NCBI GenBank assembly: GCA_028715095.1
Contig: JAQUSM010000001.1
Location: 1 to 38,262, forward strand
DNA: 38,262 nucleotides
Source: Candidatus Omnitrophota bacterium
GTDB taxonomy: Bacteria; Omnitrophota; Gorgyraeia; Gygaellales; Profunditerraquicolaceae
Reading direction: 5' to 3'
This document shows positions 28,713 to 37,634 of this stretch, one piece after another; the first letter of the stretch is position 1; every line of letters begins with the position of its first letter. A program made the position numbers and the translations under genes. Under the pieces are notes generated by a model. It had not been told where the DNA came from. It saw only the letters and a list, made by a program, of their open reading frames with translations, and did no database searches.

Positions 28713-29645
28713 ATGTCCTGGACAAAGAAAGATCTCTTGGGCCTGGAATACCTGACTAAAGAAGAGATAGAATTGATTCTGGATACCGCTGATTCTTTCA
28801 AAGAGGTCTCTACCAGGGAGATCAAAAAGGTCCCTGCCCTGCGCGGCAAGACGGCGGTAAATCTTTTTTATGAACCGTCAACCAGGACAAGAGTTTCTTT
28901 TGAGGTCGCGGCGAAGAGGTTGTCTGCCGACGTAATTAATATCGCTACCGAGACATCCAGCGTACGTAAAGGGGAAACCTTGATTGATACGGGGAAAAAT
29001 ATCCAGGCGCTAAAAGCCGATATAATTATTATGCGGCATAATTGTTCGGGGGCGGCAAACATGCTTGCCCGAGCGTTGGATATCAGCGTGGTAAATGCCG
29101 GAGACGGCTGGCATGAGCATCCTACACAGGCATTGCTTGATATCTTCACTCTTAAAGAAAAACTGGGGAAAATAAAGGGTTTGAATGTAACTATTGTAGG
29201 CGATATCGCGCATTCACGGGTTGCCCGCTCCAACATTTGGGGGCTGACTAAATTAGGGGCCAATGTTACGGTATGCGCACCGGAGATGCTGCTTCCGGTT
29301 GCGATAGAGAAGACCGGGGTTAAGACCTCCAGCAATATAGACGAAGCTTTAAAAGACGCTGACGCGGTAAATGTCTTAAGGATGCAGTTTGAGCGCGATG
29401 AGGGCGCTGCGTTTCCAGAGCAGCTGGATTATTTTAAGAGGTTTGGTATTACCGGGGAGAGATTAACTAAGGCCAAGAAAGATATTATTGTCATGCATCC
29501 CGGGCCGATTAACCGGGGGATTGAGATGTCCAGCGAGGTGGCGGATGGAGCAAATTCGGTGATTTTAGAGCAGGTAACCAATGGCATTGCCGTAAGAATG
29601 GCGGTTTTATTCCTGGTAGCCCAGGCAAGGGAAATAAAAACATGA
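28713..29645 (+). CDS. pyrB: Aspartate carbamoyltransferase catalytic subunit
   Basis: Motifs are FYEPSTRTRVSFE, HEHPTQALLD and HPGPINRG. The start abuts the pyrR stop. Confidence 0.95.
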   Translation: MSWTKKDLLGLEYLTKEEIELILDTADSFKEVSTREIKKVPALRGKTAVNLFYEPSTRTRVSFEVAAKRLSADVINIATETSSVRKGETLIDTGKNIQALKADIIIMRHNCSGAANMLARALDISVVNAGDGWHEHPTQALLDIFTLKEKLGKIKGLNVTIVGDIAHSRVARSNIWGLTKLGANVTVCAPEMLLPVAIEKTGVKTSSNIDEALKDADAVNVLRMQFERDEGAAFPEQLDYFKRFGITGERLTKAKKDIIVMHPGPINRGIEMSSEVADGANSVILEQVTNGIAVRMAVLFLVAQAREIKT

Positions 29646-30931
29646 GTATACTGATTAAAGGCGGAAGGGTAATTGATCCGGCAAATAAAATTGATGCTTT
29701 TTTGGATATTTTAATTGAAAATAATAAAATATCCAAGGTTGCCAAGGATATTAAAACGCAGGCAAGCAGAATGATTGATGCAACAGATAAAATTGTTGCT
29801 CCGGGAATAATAGATATGCATGTGCATTTGCGCCAGCCAGGCAGGGAGGATAAGGAGACAGTAGCCACTGCCACAGCGGCCGCTTCCAGGGGAGGGGTAA
29901 CCACTGTTTTGGCTATGCCGAATACCAATCCGGCTATGGATTGTTTAGAGAACATTGAATTGTCGCAAGGGATAATTAATAAGGATGCCAGAATTAAAGT
30001 GCTTATCTGCGGCGCGATTTCCAGGGGCCGCCTGGGAAAGGAATTAAGTGATGTCGCCTCGTTAAAGAAGGGTGGAGTTTATGCTATATCCGATGATGGT
30101 TGTTCGGTAGATAGCGATGAGTTGATGTTTGAGGCGCTTAAAGAAGCAAAACAGTCGGAGGTTTTAACTATTTGCCATTCTGAAGATAAGAAACTTTCAG
30201 GCAGAGGGGTAATTAATATGGGTTTTAACTCTACGCGGCTGGGGCTGCGCGGGATTTCTAATGAATCGGAGTACAAAAGAGTTGCGCGCGATATTGAATT
30301 GGCAGAAAAAGCCGGCGCGGCTGTACATATTGCCCACGTTAGCTGCCGGCAGTCAGTAGAAATAATTGCCAAAGCCAAGAAAAAAGGAGTAAAATTGAGT
30401 TGCGAAACCGCTCCTCACTACTTCTCTTTAACGGAAGATGCGCTTTTGGGTTATGATACAAATATGAAGATGAATCCTCCCTTAAGAAGTTCCGAAGATG
30501 TTGCGGCAATTAAGCAGGGGTTAAAAGATGGTACGATTGATGTCATCGCTTCAGATCATGCCCCGCATACTGAGAATGAAAAAGATATTGAATTTGAACG
30601 CGCAGAGTTTGGAGTAGTAGGTTTGGAGACTGAATTGTCTGCGGGTATAACCGAGTTGATTGACACAAAATTACTTGACTGGAATCAACTTTTTGAGAAA
30701 ATTGCCCTTAATCCTGCCAGGATCCTGGGGTTAGATAGTGGTTCTTTGAGTGAGGGCAGGCCGGCAGACATAGTGATTATTTCAGGAGATAAAGAGTGGA
30801 CAGTTAAGAAAAACGAACTGATCTCTAAGTCTAAAAATTCCGCATTCCTTGGCCGCATCTTAAAAGGTGTGGTAGATTATACAATTTGCGACGGAAAGAT
30901 AGTTTATACCCGTAAGTTAAACGCTCATTAA
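29642..30931 (+). CDS. pyrC: Dihydroorotase (long, type I form, 429 aa)
   Basis: Motifs are GIIDMHVHLRQPG, the metal-binding region HIAHVS and ASDHAPH. An ATGA overlap links it to pyrB. Confidence 0.93.
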   Translation: MSILIKGGRVIDPANKIDAFLDILIENNKISKVAKDIKTQASRMIDATDKIVAPGIIDMHVHLRQPGREDKETVATATAAASRGGVTTVLAMPNTNPAMDCLENIELSQGIINKDARIKVLICGAISRGRLGKELSDVASLKKGGVYAISDDGCSVDSDELMFEALKEAKQSEVLTICHSEDKKLSGRGVINMGFNSTRLGLRGISNESEYKRVARDIELAEKAGAAVHIAHVSCRQSVEIIAKAKKKGVKLSCETAPHYFSLTEDALLGYDTNMKMNPPLRSSEDVAAIKQGLKDGTIDVIASDHAPHTENEKDIEFERAEFGVVGLETELSAGITELIDTKLLDWNQLFEKIALNPARILGLDSGSLSEGRPADIVIISGDKEWTVKKNELISKSKNSAFLGRILKGVVDYTICDGKIVYTRKLNAH

Positions 30932-30933
30932 AA

Positions 30934-32172
30934 ATGGAATTTATAGCCGATTTTCATATTCATTCCAAATATTCCCGGGCAACCAGCCGGGATATGGATG
31001 TCAAACATCTTGCAGAGTGGGCAAAGCTCAAAGGTGTCAGTCTTATGGGCACCGGGGATTTTACGCACCATCTCTGGCTGGAAGAGCTAAAGCATACATT
31101 AGAAGATTGCGGCAACGGTTTGTATAAGTACGCGGGTATATATTTTATGCTTACTGCCGAGGTAAGCAGTATTTATTCTAAGAATGGGCGTACCTACCGT
31201 ATCCATAATTTAATTTTTAGCCCTTCTTTTAAAAGTGTGGATAAAATAAATGAAAGGCTGGGCAGGATAGGCAATTTAGCTAGCGATGGCCGGCCGATAT
31301 TAGGTTTAGATGCCGCGGAACTGGCGCGTATTGTTTTTGACATAGATGAAAACTGCATGATTGTGCCCGGGCATATCTGGACACCCTGGTTTTCCGTATT
31401 TGGTTCGATGTCGGGTTTTGATAAGATCGAAGATTGCTTTGAGGCGCAAACGGAGAAGATTTTTGCGCTTGAGACCGGTCTTTCAAGCGATCCGACAATG
31501 AATTGGCGCCTGAGCGCTTTAGACAGGTTTACTTTAATTTCTAACAGCGATTCGCATTCCCCTTCAAGGATCGGGCGGGAGGCCAATGTTTTTAATTGCG
31601 ACCTGGATTATAAAACCATAAGAGAGGTTTTAAGAACAAAAGACAAAAAAAGGTTTCTTTACACCATAGAATTTTTTCCGGAGGAAGGTAAATACCATTT
31701 TGACGGCCACAGGCTTTGCGGAATCCGTTGGTCGCCTCAGGAAACCAGGGCGCATAACGGGAAATGCCCAAAGTGCGGCAAGAACGTGACTGTGGGGGTA
31801 GTTAACCGGGTTGAGAAATTAGCTGACCGAGCCGAAGGTTTTGTTCCTGATAATGCCATACCTTTTAAGAACCTTGTTTCGCTGGATCAGATAATCGCAG
31901 AATCAAAAGGCGTTGCCAAGACTAGCGTAGGGGTAGAAAGAGATTACCGAAGCTACTTAGCAAATTTTGGAACAGAGTTTGATATATTGATGCGCGCTTC
32001 CAGGGAAGATTTAATTAAAAAATTGCCGGCTAAGGTTGTTGAGGGCGTGTTGAGGGCGCGGGCCGGAAAGATAAGCATAAAGCCCGGTTATGATGGAGAA
32101 TACGGAATAATTTCAATATTTGATAAAGATACGCCCGAACAAAAACACGAACAACAGCTTGATTTGTTTTAA
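30934..32172 (+). CDS. Endonuclease Q-like PHP-domain nuclease with C-terminal zinc ribbon
   Basis: ADFHIHSKYSRATS, GTGDFTH, VPGHIWTPWFS, LETGLSSDP, ISNSDSHSPSRIGREANVF, GKYHFDGH and GKCPKCGKNVTVGVVNRVEKLADR parallel, block for block, the Pyrococcus EndoQ sequence as I remember it. Confidence 0.75.
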   Translation: MEFIADFHIHSKYSRATSRDMDVKHLAEWAKLKGVSLMGTGDFTHHLWLEELKHTLEDCGNGLYKYAGIYFMLTAEVSSIYSKNGRTYRIHNLIFSPSFKSVDKINERLGRIGNLASDGRPILGLDAAELARIVFDIDENCMIVPGHIWTPWFSVFGSMSGFDKIEDCFEAQTEKIFALETGLSSDPTMNWRLSALDRFTLISNSDSHSPSRIGREANVFNCDLDYKTIREVLRTKDKKRFLYTIEFFPEEGKYHFDGHRLCGIRWSPQETRAHNGKCPKCGKNVTVGVVNRVEKLADRAEGFVPDNAIPFKNLVSLDQIIAESKGVAKTSVGVERDYRSYLANFGTEFDILMRASREDLIKKLPAKVVEGVLRARAGKISIKPGYDGEYGIISIFDKDTPEQKHEQQLDLF

Positions 32173-32197
32173 ATAAAGCTTACGGTTAAAGGAATAC

Positions 32198-32269
32198 GCG
32201 CCTGTGGCCCAACGGATAGGGCATCAGCCTCCGAAGCTGGTGGTGCAGGTTCAATTCCTGCCAGGCGCA
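32198..32269 (+). tRNA. tRNA-Arg (anticodon CCG)
   Basis: Hand-folded. The acceptor is GCGCCTG/CAGGCGC with discriminator A. The D stem is GCCC/GGGC. The anticodon stem is TCAGC/GCTGG with loop CTCCGAA, giving anticodon CCG. The T arm is GCAGG-TTCAATT-CCTGC. Length is 72 nt and no CCA is encoded. Confidence 0.85.
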
Positions 32270-32350
32270 ATAAAACTATGGCAGGAAGCATGGTTCACCC
32301 TGCCTCGTAAACTCGGCAGGACTTCGCTAGATAAAGCTATAAGGTGCTTG

Positions 32351-32367
32351 ATTCCTGCCAGGCGCAA
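32351..32367 (+). repeat. Exact 17-nt direct repeat of the tRNA-Arg 3' end (ATTCCTGCCAGGCGCAA)
   Basis: The sequence is identical to 32254-32270, which spans the T loop 3' part, the acceptor 3' strand, the discriminator and 1 more nt. The copy lies 97 nt downstream and is not part of a foldable second tRNA. Confidence 0.8.
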
Positions 32368-32380
32368 ATAGTATGAAAAA

Positions 32381-32839
32381 ATGCAGAAGAAAATAGTTTC
32401 AGTGATAGGTGGGCATAACTGTACGGAAGAAGTGGAGCAAGAAGCCTTTGATTTAGGCAGAAATCTGGCTAAAGTGGTTGATATTCTTGTTTCTGGCGGT
32501 TTGAGGGGAACGATGAAGGCAGTTTGTTCTGGTTTTAAAGCAGGCGGAGGACTAACTATAGGCATTATACCAAGCTATAATAAAAATGATGCTAATAAAT
32601 TTGTAGATGTAGTTATTCCTACAGGCTTAGGATTAGCTAGGAATGTATTAGTTGTTAAATCCGCAGATGTAGTGGTAGCCCTGCCGGGTAAAGCAGGAAC
32701 TCTTTCTGAAATCGCCTATTGTTTGCAGTTTGGGATTCCGGTAATCAGCTTAGGCTCCTGGGATATCAAGGCAGTTATTAAGGTTGCCACTGTCAAGGAT
32801 GCTGTTATGCAGGTCAAAAGGATTTTAAGAAAGGACTGA
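32381..32839 (+). CDS. TIGR00725-type Rossmann-fold protein (LOG / SLOG-like, lysine-decarboxylase-like family)
   Basis: The 152-aa product has VIGGHNCTEE, VSGGLRGTMKAVCSGFKAGGGLTIGIIP and ALPGKAGTLSEIAYCLQFGIPVISLG, the GGxxGxM ... PGGxGTxxE pattern of this family. Confidence 0.7.
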   Translation: MQKKIVSVIGGHNCTEEVEQEAFDLGRNLAKVVDILVSGGLRGTMKAVCSGFKAGGGLTIGIIPSYNKNDANKFVDVVIPTGLGLARNVLVVKSADVVVALPGKAGTLSEIAYCLQFGIPVISLGSWDIKAVIKVATVKDAVMQVKRILRKD

Positions 32840-32840
32840 A

Positions 32841-34409
32841 ATGCAGAAGAAGGTGATTATCTTAGGGGGTGGCCCAAACAGGATCGGCCAAGGCATTGAA
32901 TTTGATTATTGCTGCTGTCATGCCGCATATGCGCTTAAAGAGGAAGGTGTAGACAGCATTATGGTTAACTGTAATCCGGAGACAGTCTCTACCGATTATG
33001 ATACCTCTGACCGGCTTTATTTTGAACCGCTTACATTCGAAGATATTATGAATATTATTGAATTGGAAAAGCCAATAGGCGTGATTGTGCAATTCGGCGG
33101 ACAAACTCCGCTTAATCTGGCAGTAGCTTTACGGGAGGCGGGGGTAAATATTTTAGGGACCAGTTCAGAAAATATTGATATTGCCGAAGATCGCAAACGT
33201 TTCAAGCACATGATTGATAAATTGGGCCTGTTGCAGCCGAATAGCGGCACGGTGTTTACCTTTGAAGAGGCGCAGAAAGTAGCCGGAAATATCGGTTATC
33301 CTGTATTGGTCAGGCCGTCGTATGTTTTGGGCGGCCGGGCGATGGAGATTGTTTATGATGCAGAATTATTAGAAAGATTCATTAAGGAGGCAGCTGAGGT
33401 TTCCGGAGAGCATCCGATATTGATCGACAAGTTCTTAGAAGATGCCATTGAAGTGGATGTGGATTTAATCGGAGACGGAGAAACTTTTGTTATCGGCGGG
33501 ATTATGGAGCATATTGAACAAGCAGGCGTACATTCGGGGGATGCGGCGATGTCTCTTCCTACCTATACTTTATCTCCGGATATTTTAAAGAAGATAAGAG
33601 AAGCTACTTATTGTCTGGCCAGGGAACTCCATATCGTGGGTTTAATGAATGTGCAGTATGCGGTTAAAGATGCCAAGGTTTATATTTTAGAGGTTAACCC
33701 CCGCGCATCGCGTACCGTGCCATTAGTTTCCAAGGTTATCGGTGTGCCCCTGGCAAAGTTAGCTACCAAGGTTATGTTGGGAAGGAAATTGAAAGATTTG
33801 GGTTTTACCGAAGAAACCATACCTCGGCACGTGGCAGTGAAAGAATCAGTTTTTCCTTTTAACCGTTTTCCGGGAGTAGATGTAATGCTGGGGCCGGAGA
33901 TGAAATCTACCGGCGAGGTCATGGGGATTGACGCGGATTTTTCCAGCGCTTATATCAAAAGCCAGATTGCCGCAGGGCAAAAGATCCCCAAAAAAGGCAA
34001 TGTCTTTATCTCTGTGCATGACCGGGATAAAAGAGATGTGATTTCTATCGCCAGGAAATTAAAAGATTTAGGGTTTAACATTTTTGCCTCTAGCGGAACA
34101 GCCTCGGTTTTAGAAAAGAATAATATTCCGGCTAAGGTGTTGCCTAAGATCACCGAGGGCAGGCCGAATATCCTGGATCTGATGAAAGACGGCAAGATCC
34201 AAATGGTTATTAATACCCCTTCAGGCAGGATACCCCGCCAGGATGAGGTAAAGATACGCTCGCAGGTAATTCTTTATAATATTCCCTATACCACTACAAT
34301 CTTTGGGGCGCAGGCAACGGTAAACGGGATCGAAGTGTTTATGAAAAAAGACTTAAGTGTAAAATCATTGCAGGAGTATCATAAGATTAAAGGCAGGAAA
34401 GTTAAATAG
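32841..34409 (+). CDS. carB: Carbamoyl-phosphate synthase large subunit, stand-alone C-terminal half (second ATP-grasp plus MGS-like allosteric domain)
   Basis: The 522-aa product starts KKVIILGGGPNRIGQGIEFDYCCCHAAYALKEEG..IMVNCNPETVSTDYDTSDRLYFEPLT. It is collinear with residues ~555-1073 of E. coli CarB (GGIMEHIEQAGVHSGD, NVQYAV, EVNPRASRTVP, GPEMKSTGEVMG). No N-terminal half or carA is present in the window. Confidence 0.9.
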   Translation: MQKKVIILGGGPNRIGQGIEFDYCCCHAAYALKEEGVDSIMVNCNPETVSTDYDTSDRLYFEPLTFEDIMNIIELEKPIGVIVQFGGQTPLNLAVALREAGVNILGTSSENIDIAEDRKRFKHMIDKLGLLQPNSGTVFTFEEAQKVAGNIGYPVLVRPSYVLGGRAMEIVYDAELLERFIKEAAEVSGEHPILIDKFLEDAIEVDVDLIGDGETFVIGGIMEHIEQAGVHSGDAAMSLPTYTLSPDILKKIREATYCLARELHIVGLMNVQYAVKDAKVYILEVNPRASRTVPLVSKVIGVPLAKLATKVMLGRKLKDLGFTEETIPRHVAVKESVFPFNRFPGVDVMLGPEMKSTGEVMGIDADFSSAYIKSQIAAGQKIPKKGNVFISVHDRDKRDVISIARKLKDLGFNIFASSGTASVLEKNNIPAKVLPKITEGRPNILDLMKDGKIQMVINTPSGRIPRQDEVKIRSQVILYNIPYTTTIFGAQATVNGIEVFMKKDLSVKSLQEYHKIKGRKVK

Positions 34410-34418
34410 GCCAAAAAT

Positions 34419-35219
34419 ATGCCGGAACTTCCAGAAGTAGAGACAATCAAAAGGGATTTACAAGAGATAATTCTGGGTAAGAAAATCACCGAGGTTTGCG
34501 TGTATAACCCCGCGGTTATACGGGAACCATCGCCTGATGTATTTAAGAAATCTCTTAAAGGACTGGTTGTAAAGAATATCTTACGCCGGGGAAAACTTTT
34601 AATTTTAGAGCTATCAAATGGCCTATCTTTAACCATACACTTAAAGATGACCGGCCAGCTGGTTTACCCCGGAGGATCTAAGAATAGCCGGGTGGCTTTT
34701 CATCTGTCCGGAGGAAAAATTCTGGATTTTAATGACCAGCGTTTATTCGGGGAATTACGTTTGGTTGATGACTGGAGGAAAATAAAATTTATCCGGGGAC
34801 TTGGCCCTGAGCCATTTGATTTGACTTACGCCGATTTTAGGGATATGCTCTCTAAGAAGAAAACCAAAATCAAGCCTTTATTGATGGACCAATCGTTTAT
34901 TTCCGGGATCGGGAATCTTTATGCCTCCGAAATCTTATTCCGGGCCAAGATTGACCCGCGCAGGCCTGCACAAAGTTTGACCAAAGCGGAAAAAGGAGTT
35001 CTATATAAAGAAACCAGGGAAGTTTTAAGCAGCGCGATTGTACATGGCGGTTCTTCTATTGATGATTACGTGCGCCTTTCCGGCGAGCCGGGAGGTTATG
35101 TTAAGTTCCACCGTGTTTATGGCAGGCAGGGTAAGCTTTGTTTTGTCTGTAAGGGTTTGATTAAAAAGATCGCTCAGGGGGGAAGAGGTACTTATTTTTG
35201 TCCTAAATGTCAGAGGTAA
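34419..35219 (+). CDS. mutM: Formamidopyrimidine-DNA glycosylase
   Basis: It has N-terminal MPELPEVET (catalytic Pro2/Glu3), H2TH region LMDQSFISGIGNLYASEILF and the C-terminal zinc finger CFVCKG...RGTYFCPKCQ. Confidence 0.93.
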   Translation: MPELPEVETIKRDLQEIILGKKITEVCVYNPAVIREPSPDVFKKSLKGLVVKNILRRGKLLILELSNGLSLTIHLKMTGQLVYPGGSKNSRVAFHLSGGKILDFNDQRLFGELRLVDDWRKIKFIRGLGPEPFDLTYADFRDMLSKKKTKIKPLLMDQSFISGIGNLYASEILFRAKIDPRRPAQSLTKAEKGVLYKETREVLSSAIVHGGSSIDDYVRLSGEPGGYVKFHRVYGRQGKLCFVCKGLIKKIAQGGRGTYFCPKCQR

Positions 35220-35222
35220 ATT

Positions 35223-35930
35223 GTGAAAAAGCGCCTTAAAATCAACGGAATAATTATGGGTTGTGCTGCAATTATGGTTGTATTCTTCCCCGGGGTTTTC
35301 TTCCGCCGCAATGTTAACGGAGGAGCGGAGGAATATATAGAGCTTCTAGGGTTTTCGCTTATTCTCCTGGGCCAAATAATCCGCGTCTCTGCCCGTGGCT
35401 ATAAAGCAGAGCATTCTTGCGAAAGCCAGGCGTTAATTCAAGGCGGCCCTTATCAAATAGTGCGTAATCCTATGTATCTGGGGATATTTTTAATCGGTTT
35501 AGGCGTGGTATTGGCAGTATTCAAGTGGTGGGCAGTGATAATTTTTATTATAGTTTTTGTTATCCGGTACATAATGCTTATCTACAAAGAAGAAAGAAAA
35601 CTTTTAGCTTTGTTTCCTGAAGCATACAAAGATTACTGTAAGAAGGTACCGCGTATTCTTCCGGCACTGTCTACGATAACCAGTTTGGACATAAGCGAGT
35701 ATTTACCTGTAAAGCTAATTTGGTTTAGAAAGGAAATCGGTTCTATTGTAACGCTTCTTTTGTTGACTTTATTGGTAGAATCCTGGGAGGATATTTCCTG
35801 CAGGGGGCTTAAGGTATATTTTTATCAATCCGCATGGTTATTTTTGACCTTTGTTTTATTTATAATTTTCGTAATCCTGCTAAGCAATTGGACATATAAA
35901 AAAAATGGAAGCGGCGCAGTTAAAAGCTAA
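35223..35930 (+). CDS. Membrane methyltransferase of the isoprenylcysteine carboxyl methyltransferase (ICMT) / phospholipid methyltransferase family
   Basis: It has a GTG start and about 5-6 hydrophobic helices. LIQGGPYQIVRNPMYLG followed by EERKLLALFPEAYKDY is the signature region of ICMT-like proteins. It overlaps pyrK by 26 nt. Confidence 0.65.
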   Translation: MKKRLKINGIIMGCAAIMVVFFPGVFFRRNVNGGAEEYIELLGFSLILLGQIIRVSARGYKAEHSCESQALIQGGPYQIVRNPMYLGIFLIGLGVVLAVFKWWAVIIFIIVFVIRYIMLIYKEERKLLALFPEAYKDYCKKVPRILPALSTITSLDISEYLPVKLIWFRKEIGSIVTLLLLTLLVESWEDISCRGLKVYFYQSAWLFLTFVLFIIFVILLSNWTYKKNGSGAVKS

Positions 35931-36696
35931 AATAATTTCCAATAAACAACTCAAATGTAATTATTGGCATTTAGAATTTGACTCGGGCATAATTGCTAAG
36001 AACGCCTTGGCCGGGCAGTTTATAGAGATCAAAGTCAATAATGGGATAGATCCATTATTAAGAAGGCCAATCAGTATTCACAGTGTAAGCGGAACAAAGG
36101 TTAAGCTTATTTATGAAGTTATTGGCAAGGGCACGCAGATTTTATCTGAGAGAAAACCCGGTGATTTCCTGGATGTTATTGGCCCGCTGGGTAATGGTTT
36201 TGAATATAAGTGGCTAACCAAAAAATTAGATAACCGGAAAACCATTTTAGTTGCCGGAGGCATGGGTGTGGCGCCTTTGGTTTTTCTGGCAGGAAAGATA
36301 AAATTTTACAGGCCGCTGGTCTTGATTGGAGCCAGAAAGAAAGAACAGGTTCTCTGCTCTCAAGAATTCAAAGCTTTAGGTTGTAAAGTAGTAACCGCTA
36401 CAGATGACGGATCCCTGGGGTTTAAGGGCAGGGTCACGGATCTTTTAAAAGGCTTCTTATCGGAAAACCAGAAAACAGGCAAACCTGAACATATATACGC
36501 CTGCGGCCCGCAGCCAATGTTAAAAGCTGTTGTTCAGATCTCTTGTGAAAATAATATTGCCAGCCAGCTTTCGCTGGAAACTCATATGGCATGCGGATTT
36601 GGGGCCTGTCTCGGGTGTGTTGTATCTACTAAATCCGGATATAAAAGAGTTTGTAAGGATGGCCCGGTTTTTATGGGCAAGGAGCTGATTTGGTAA
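35905..36696 (+). CDS. pyrK: Dihydroorotate dehydrogenase B electron-transfer subunit
   Basis: The flavin-reductase-like N-terminus has RRPISI, followed by VAGGMGVAP and the C-terminal 2Fe-2S cluster motif CGFGACLGCV...CKDGPVF. Confidence 0.9.
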   Translation: MEAAQLKAKIISNKQLKCNYWHLEFDSGIIAKNALAGQFIEIKVNNGIDPLLRRPISIHSVSGTKVKLIYEVIGKGTQILSERKPGDFLDVIGPLGNGFEYKWLTKKLDNRKTILVAGGMGVAPLVFLAGKIKFYRPLVLIGARKKEQVLCSQEFKALGCKVVTATDDGSLGFKGRVTDLLKGFLSENQKTGKPEHIYACGPQPMLKAVVQISCENNIASQLSLETHMACGFGACLGCVVSTKSGYKRVCKDGPVFMGKELIW

Positions 36697-37634
36697 AACA
36701 TACCAAACCAAATTTGAGCGTAAATATAGGAAACCTTGTTTTAAAGAACCCGGTAATGGTTGCTTCCGGGACTTTCGGTTATGCCGAAGAGTTTAGTTGT
36801 CTCCTGGATTTAAAGAGGCTGGGGGCAATTGTTACCAAAACCATTACCATCAAGCCTAGGCACGGCAATCTTCCTCCCCGGACCTGCGAAACTCCTGCCG
36901 GCATGCTTAATTCCATCGGTTTGGAAAATCCCGGCATAGATAATTTTATTAAAAACAAGCTTCCCTTTTTAAAAAAACTGGGCATTCCCATTATTGTAAG
37001 TATCGCCGCTGAAGATGATCCCGGCGAATTTTATATTTTGGTTGGGCAGTTGGATAAAATAAGCGCGGTTTCCGCGATTGAATTGAATATCTCCTGTCCG
37101 AACATGCAGAAGAACATATTGATCTCTCAGGATGCCAAGGAAACATCCGCGTTAGTCAGCTCAGTGCGTAAACTTACCAGGAAATGCTTAATTACTAAAC
37201 TCTCTCCTAATGTAACCTCCATCTCGGATATTGCTTTAGCCGCTCAGGATGCAGGCAGTGATGCCGTAGCTTTAATTAATACGCTTTCCGGTATGAGCAT
37301 AGATGTGCATAAGTGTGCGCCCAGGATTGGATCCTGGGTTGGCGGCTTAAGCGGACCGGCAATCAGGCCGGTAGCAGTAAAGATGGTTTGGGAGGCCTAT
37401 AACAAGATTAAGATTCCCATTATCGGCATGGGTGGTATAATGGACATTGACAGCGCCTTGGAATTTTTCTTTGCCGGCTCTACGGCTATCAGCGTGGGAA
37501 CAGCAAATTTTATTAATCCGGGAGTAAGCCTTGAAATTATCTCCGGATTAGAAAAATATATGACAGATAATGGAATCTTAAATCTGAATAATATTACCGG
37601 AAAATTGAAAGCATGCGAGGACTTAGCCAGATAA
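36690..37634 (+). CDS. pyrD: Dihydroorotate dehydrogenase B catalytic subunit (class 1B)
   Basis: Motifs are LKNPVMVASGTFGY, NSIGLENPG, ELNISCPN, the catalytic Cys region, and GMGGI. The TTG start at 36690 overlaps the pyrK stop, and no in-frame ATG is available nearby. Confidence 0.9.
   Translation: MVKHTKPNLSVNIGNLVLKNPVMVASGTFGYAEEFSCLLDLKRLGAIVTKTITIKPRHGNLPPRTCETPAGMLNSIGLENPGIDNFIKNKLPFLKKLGIPIIVSIAAEDDPGEFYILVGQLDKISAVSAIELNISCPNMQKNILISQDAKETSALVSSVRKLTRKCLITKLSPNVTSISDIALAAQDAGSDAVALINTLSGMSIDVHKCAPRIGSWVGGLSGPAIRPVAVKMVWEAYNKIKIPIIGMGGIMDIDSALEFFFAGSTAISVGTANFINPGVSLEIISGLEKYMTDNGILNLNNITGKLKACEDLAR

Noticed and set aside
32251-32565. 104-aa minus-strand ORF
   Set aside because: It overlaps the 3' end of tRNA-Arg, the att-like repeat and the start of the TIGR00725 gene in antisense. 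It has no motifs.
32381-32860. Identical ATGCAGAAGAA starts (MQKK...GG) of the TIGR00725 gene and the carB half, considered as a possible duplication or recombination junction
   Set aside because: Identity stops after 11 nt. Both proteins simply begin with a Rossmann-type strand plus a Gly-rich loop. I judge it a coincidence.
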